From positions 5,355 through 69,354 of the forward strand of contig JANQMA010000013.1 in NCBI GenBank assembly GCA_028280285.1: 64,000 nt of DNA, written 5' to 3'. Below are positions 62,089 to 64,000 of this stretch, in pieces. Position 1 is the stretch's first letter. Each line of letters starts with the position of its first letter. The translations under genes were made by a program, and so were the position numbers. The notes under the pieces are model-generated. The model searched no databases. It saw only the letters and a program-made list of their open reading frames with translations, and was not told the DNA's origin. This DNA is from Candidatus Omnitrophota bacterium. GTDB lineage: Bacteria; Omnitrophota; Gorgyraeia; Zapsychrales; Zapsychraceae.

Positions 62089-62488
62089 CAATATCATCCT
62101 TACTTTGAACGCCATCAGATCCTAAAGAAGACAAGTCATACGACTCGGTATTTTGGACGCCCGGGGCAACATAGACATATTCTCTTTGCCAGGGATCACG
62201 AGGAAGAGCCTTCTTTTTAAGATAGGGCCCATCCCATCCTCCCGCACCGGAAGGCTTAACCAGCAAGGCCTTTAACCCTTCATTAGTTGTGGGATACTGA
62301 CCAACATCCAGTTCGTACATATCAAGCGCAACGGAAAGATTGGCTTCGATGTCTGCCCTGGCCGCAGATATACGGGCCTTCTCGCCCTTGCCGGCCAAAT
62401 TCGGCACAACCATGGCTGCCAAAACACCAATGATAATGACAACCAATAATATTTCAACAAGGGTGAATCCCTTTGTGTTATTTTTCAT
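62069..62488 (-). CDS. gspG: Type II secretion / type IV pilin-like major pseudopilin
   Basis: Prepilin N-terminus KGFTLVEILLVVIIIGVLAAMVVPNL (cleavage/methylation site G|FTLVE); GspG-like body RADIEANLSVALDMYELDVGQYPTTNEGLKALL...GWDGPYL. Confidence 0.85.
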   Translation of the reverse strand: MKNNTKGFTLVEILLVVIIIGVLAAMVVPNLAGKGEKARISAARADIEANLSVALDMYELDVGQYPTTNEGLKALLVKPSGAGGWDGPYLKKKALPRDPWQREYVYVAPGVQNTESYDLSSLGSDGVQSKDDIVNWFVE

Positions 62489-62552
62489 CTTTATCTCCTC
62501 TGTAGTCCTTTTGAATTATAAATTGTTCGTTATACAATGCAAGTAGTATTTT

Positions 62553-62620
62553 GATCGTAATTGGTATTTGGTAATTAGTAATTGGAACGCTAATTACCAT
62601 TTACCAATTACCAACTACCA
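62553..62620. promoter_or_regulatory. Long imperfect inverted repeat built from GGTAATT/AATTACC heptads
   Basis: GTAATTGGTATTTGGTAATTAGTAATTGG-aacgc-TAATTACCATTTACCAATTACCAACTACC. It overlaps the cobB stop codon (62608-62610) and lies upstream of gspG (start 62488). Confidence 0.45.
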
Positions 62621-63363
62621 TTCATTATTACCTTACCCATCGTCTCACCAATCGATCCTTCGATTTTCAAATCCGCGAGATGATCAAGCGGTGTTTCTGA
62701 GTTTGTGATGATCGCTAAAAGCGCCCCATGACGCTTGGCCTCTCGTGGAATCGATGCTGCCGGCTCAACAAGCAAACTTGATCCCAGCACCAGCATAAAA
62801 TCGCATTCGCAGGCATGCATAAAGCATTGATCCAAGACATCAGGATCAAGCCGTTGACCAAAAGAAACCGTATTTGGTTTTAAAAACCCGTCGCACTTTT
62901 CACAAAGGGGAATTGTATCTCCGCCTTTAATTCTTTCATACGCATATTCCCACGACTTAATATCGCCGCATGTCAAACAGATCACCTCACGGCTTGTGCC
63001 ATGAATTTCAAGGGTTTTATCCGGTGCGCTTCCCGCCATTTGATGCAGTCCATCGATGTTTTGGGTGATAAGCGCGCGGAGCTTGCCTTGTTTCTCCAAT
63101 TCAACAATGGCTTTGTGTCCGGCATTGGGTTTGGCGTCTTTGTTTTCCTCGAATAAAGCGAGCTTGCGCTCCCAATAAAGTTTACGCTTTACTTCATCAG
63201 CCAAAAATTCTTGAATGGTTACCGGTTGAAACCGCTCCCAAATTCCGCCTTGTGAACGAAAATCACTGATCCCGCTTTCGGTTGATATCCCGGCGCCGGT
63301 AAAGACGACGATTTGTTTGGATTGGTCGATGAAACGTTTTAATGTATTAATTTGATCAAGCAT
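62608..63363 (-). CDS. cobB: NAD-dependent protein deacylase, Sir2 family
   Basis: GAGISTESGISDFRSQGGIW; Zn ribbon CLTCG...CEKCDG; HG motif (EIHGT). Confidence 0.85.
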   Translation of the reverse strand: MLDQINTLKRFIDQSKQIVVFTGAGISTESGISDFRSQGGIWERFQPVTIQEFLADEVKRKLYWERKLALFEENKDAKPNAGHKAIVELEKQGKLRALITQNIDGLHQMAGSAPDKTLEIHGTSREVICLTCGDIKSWEYAYERIKGGDTIPLCEKCDGFLKPNTVSFGQRLDPDVLDQCFMHACECDFMLVLGSSLLVEPAASIPREAKRHGALLAIITNSETPLDHLADLKIEGSIGETMGKVIMNGSW

Positions 63364-63372
63364 TGATAATCA

Positions 63373-63477
63373 GTGTTCTGTGTTCTATCGCAGGAAATGA
63401 TAAACGGTGTTCAGTGTTCATTTATGAACGAACACCGAACACAAATTATAGTTTTACTTAGCTAGAACACCGAACAC
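63373..63477. promoter_or_regulatory. Symmetric array of four 13-bp GTGTTCnGTGTTC elements (two forward, two reverse)
   Basis: GTGTTCTGTGTTC at 63373, GTGTTCAGTGTTC at 63407, GAACACCGAACAC at 63430 and GAACACCGAACAC at 63465. The inner pair forms a 13-bp inverted repeat with a 10-nt spacer. It lies between cobB (start 63363) and the GATase gene (stop 63483). Confidence 0.5.
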
Positions 63478-63482
63478 TCTAT

Positions 63483-64000
63483 TTAATTCCGCGTTTCATA
63501 CAAATGAATCATGGTATCAAGCATCGTTGGGTCTTGAGTTCCACTCGTTGATAAGGCGTCTTCTCCTTGATCTTCAAGCAACCTTTTAGGCATTTCCATC
63601 GATTCAACAGCAATGGGTTTATAAAAAGAAATCCGCCGTCCTTTTTGAAGCCTAGCCAAAGTATTATTGGGAAACTCCACCCAGTTATATTTATCATCCG
63701 GAACGGTTGATGTGACCGCTGCAATATCAAGCTTATCATCCATCAAATAATAAAGGCTTGTGCCTTTGCGAAACGCCCAAATACTCATCCCATCACTTAA
63801 AAAGAAATTGAGATAACGCCTGCCTTCTCCTAGTATTGCGTATAATTGGCTTAAGGCCGCATTAATGCCTTGCTCAACATCCCCGCGTGATTGCTCAATC
63901 ATTTTAAGCAGATAAATAAAATAGAGTTCGGAATCTATCCAGCTCTTGGGCGGGGCGTGGTCACACACCTCTGGTTTATTTTTGGTTAAATACTCCTCCC
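63483..64000 (-). CDS. Class-II glutamine amidotransferase-like protein (YafJ-type), 5' end probably outside the window
   Basis: The conserved C-terminal part resembles GATase_4/YafJ-like proteins (DSELYFIYLL...NFFLSDGMSIWAFR...LYY). The reading frame stays open to the window edge, and the listed start is a GTG. Confidence 0.45.
   Translation of the reverse strand, partial: EEYLTKNKPEVCDHAPPKSWIDSELYFIYLLKMIEQSRGDVEQGINAALSQLYAILGEGRRYLNFFLSDGMSIWAFRKGTSLYYLMDDKLDIAAVTSTVPDDKYNWVEFPNNTLARLQKGRRISFYKPIAVESMEMPKRLLEDQGEDALSTSGTQDPTMLDTMIHLYETRN

Noticed and set aside
62608-63363. Sir2-domain gene as part of an anti-phage defence system (Thoeris/DSR-like)
   Set aside because: The protein is a short (251 aa) canonical sirtuin with the Zn-ribbon CxxC...CxxC and no fused SLOG/TIR/effector domains or partner genes. 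That is consistent with a CobB-type deacylase.
63373-63477. Possible CRISPR array suggested by repeated GTGTTC-containing elements
   Set aside because: There are only four 13-bp units, in mixed orientation forming a palindrome, with 20-35 bp 'spacers' and no cas genes. The geometry fits an operator or terminator, not CRISPR.

Overview
This is a bacterial chromosomal window, AT-rich (roughly 40% GC by eye). It carries about 36 protein-coding genes, and all but one (a secreted inorganic pyrophosphatase) lie on the minus strand. I found no rRNA, tRNA, CRISPR array, transposase or integrase. Positions 1-22.9 kb are ordinary, tightly packed housekeeping and signalling genes, many with 1-16 nt overlaps. 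In order these are:
- an AGCS-family Na+/alanine symporter (partial)
- an arsC-crcB-DUF368-HtrA protease-coiled-coil block
- a SET-domain protein
- an NTF2-like protein, hybrid histidine kinase and CheY-like regulator operon
- HIT hydrolase, DEDDh exonuclease, cold-shock protein, RNase D, purB
- an SGNH hydrolase, radical-SAM (SPL-like), GGDEF and REC-REC operon
- a methyltransferase, an SRPBCC protein and a HAMP histidine kinase.
Positions 22.9-60.4 kb form a single co-directional block of about 37.5 kb that encodes only signal-peptide-bearing giant or surface proteins:
- Two giant ORFs of about 2150 and 3561 aa share an N-terminal module of roughly 340 aa and a short C-terminal tail. The first embeds a complete but insertion-split phosphoglycerate-kinase-like fold and a C-terminal GHKL ATPase domain. 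The second is an alpha-solenoid (HEAT-like) giant with several scattered transmembrane helices.
- Three paralogous adhesin-like giants (1278, 1581 and about 1262 aa) each carry an N-terminal cohesin-like domain, He_PIG (Ig-like) repeats, extra beta-repeats and a conserved C-terminal domain of about 400 aa.
- A protein with five lamin-tail domains ends in a canonical two-segment dockerin.
- An outer-membrane beta-barrel and a protein combining lamin-tail domains with a CotH kinase-like region complete the block.
This suggests a cohesin-dockerin surface-assembly locus, in a genome whose giant genes resemble those of candidate-phylum bacteria. I cannot assign the phylum from sequence alone. The window ends with a hypothetical secreted protein, a signal-peptide-bearing family I pyrophosphatase, a GspG-type pseudopilin, a Sir2/CobB deacylase and a partial class-II glutamine amidotransferase-like gene. 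Several intergenic regions contain unusual palindromic or repeat arrays and terminator-like hairpins. All assignments are motif-level readings of the translations; no database searches were possible.
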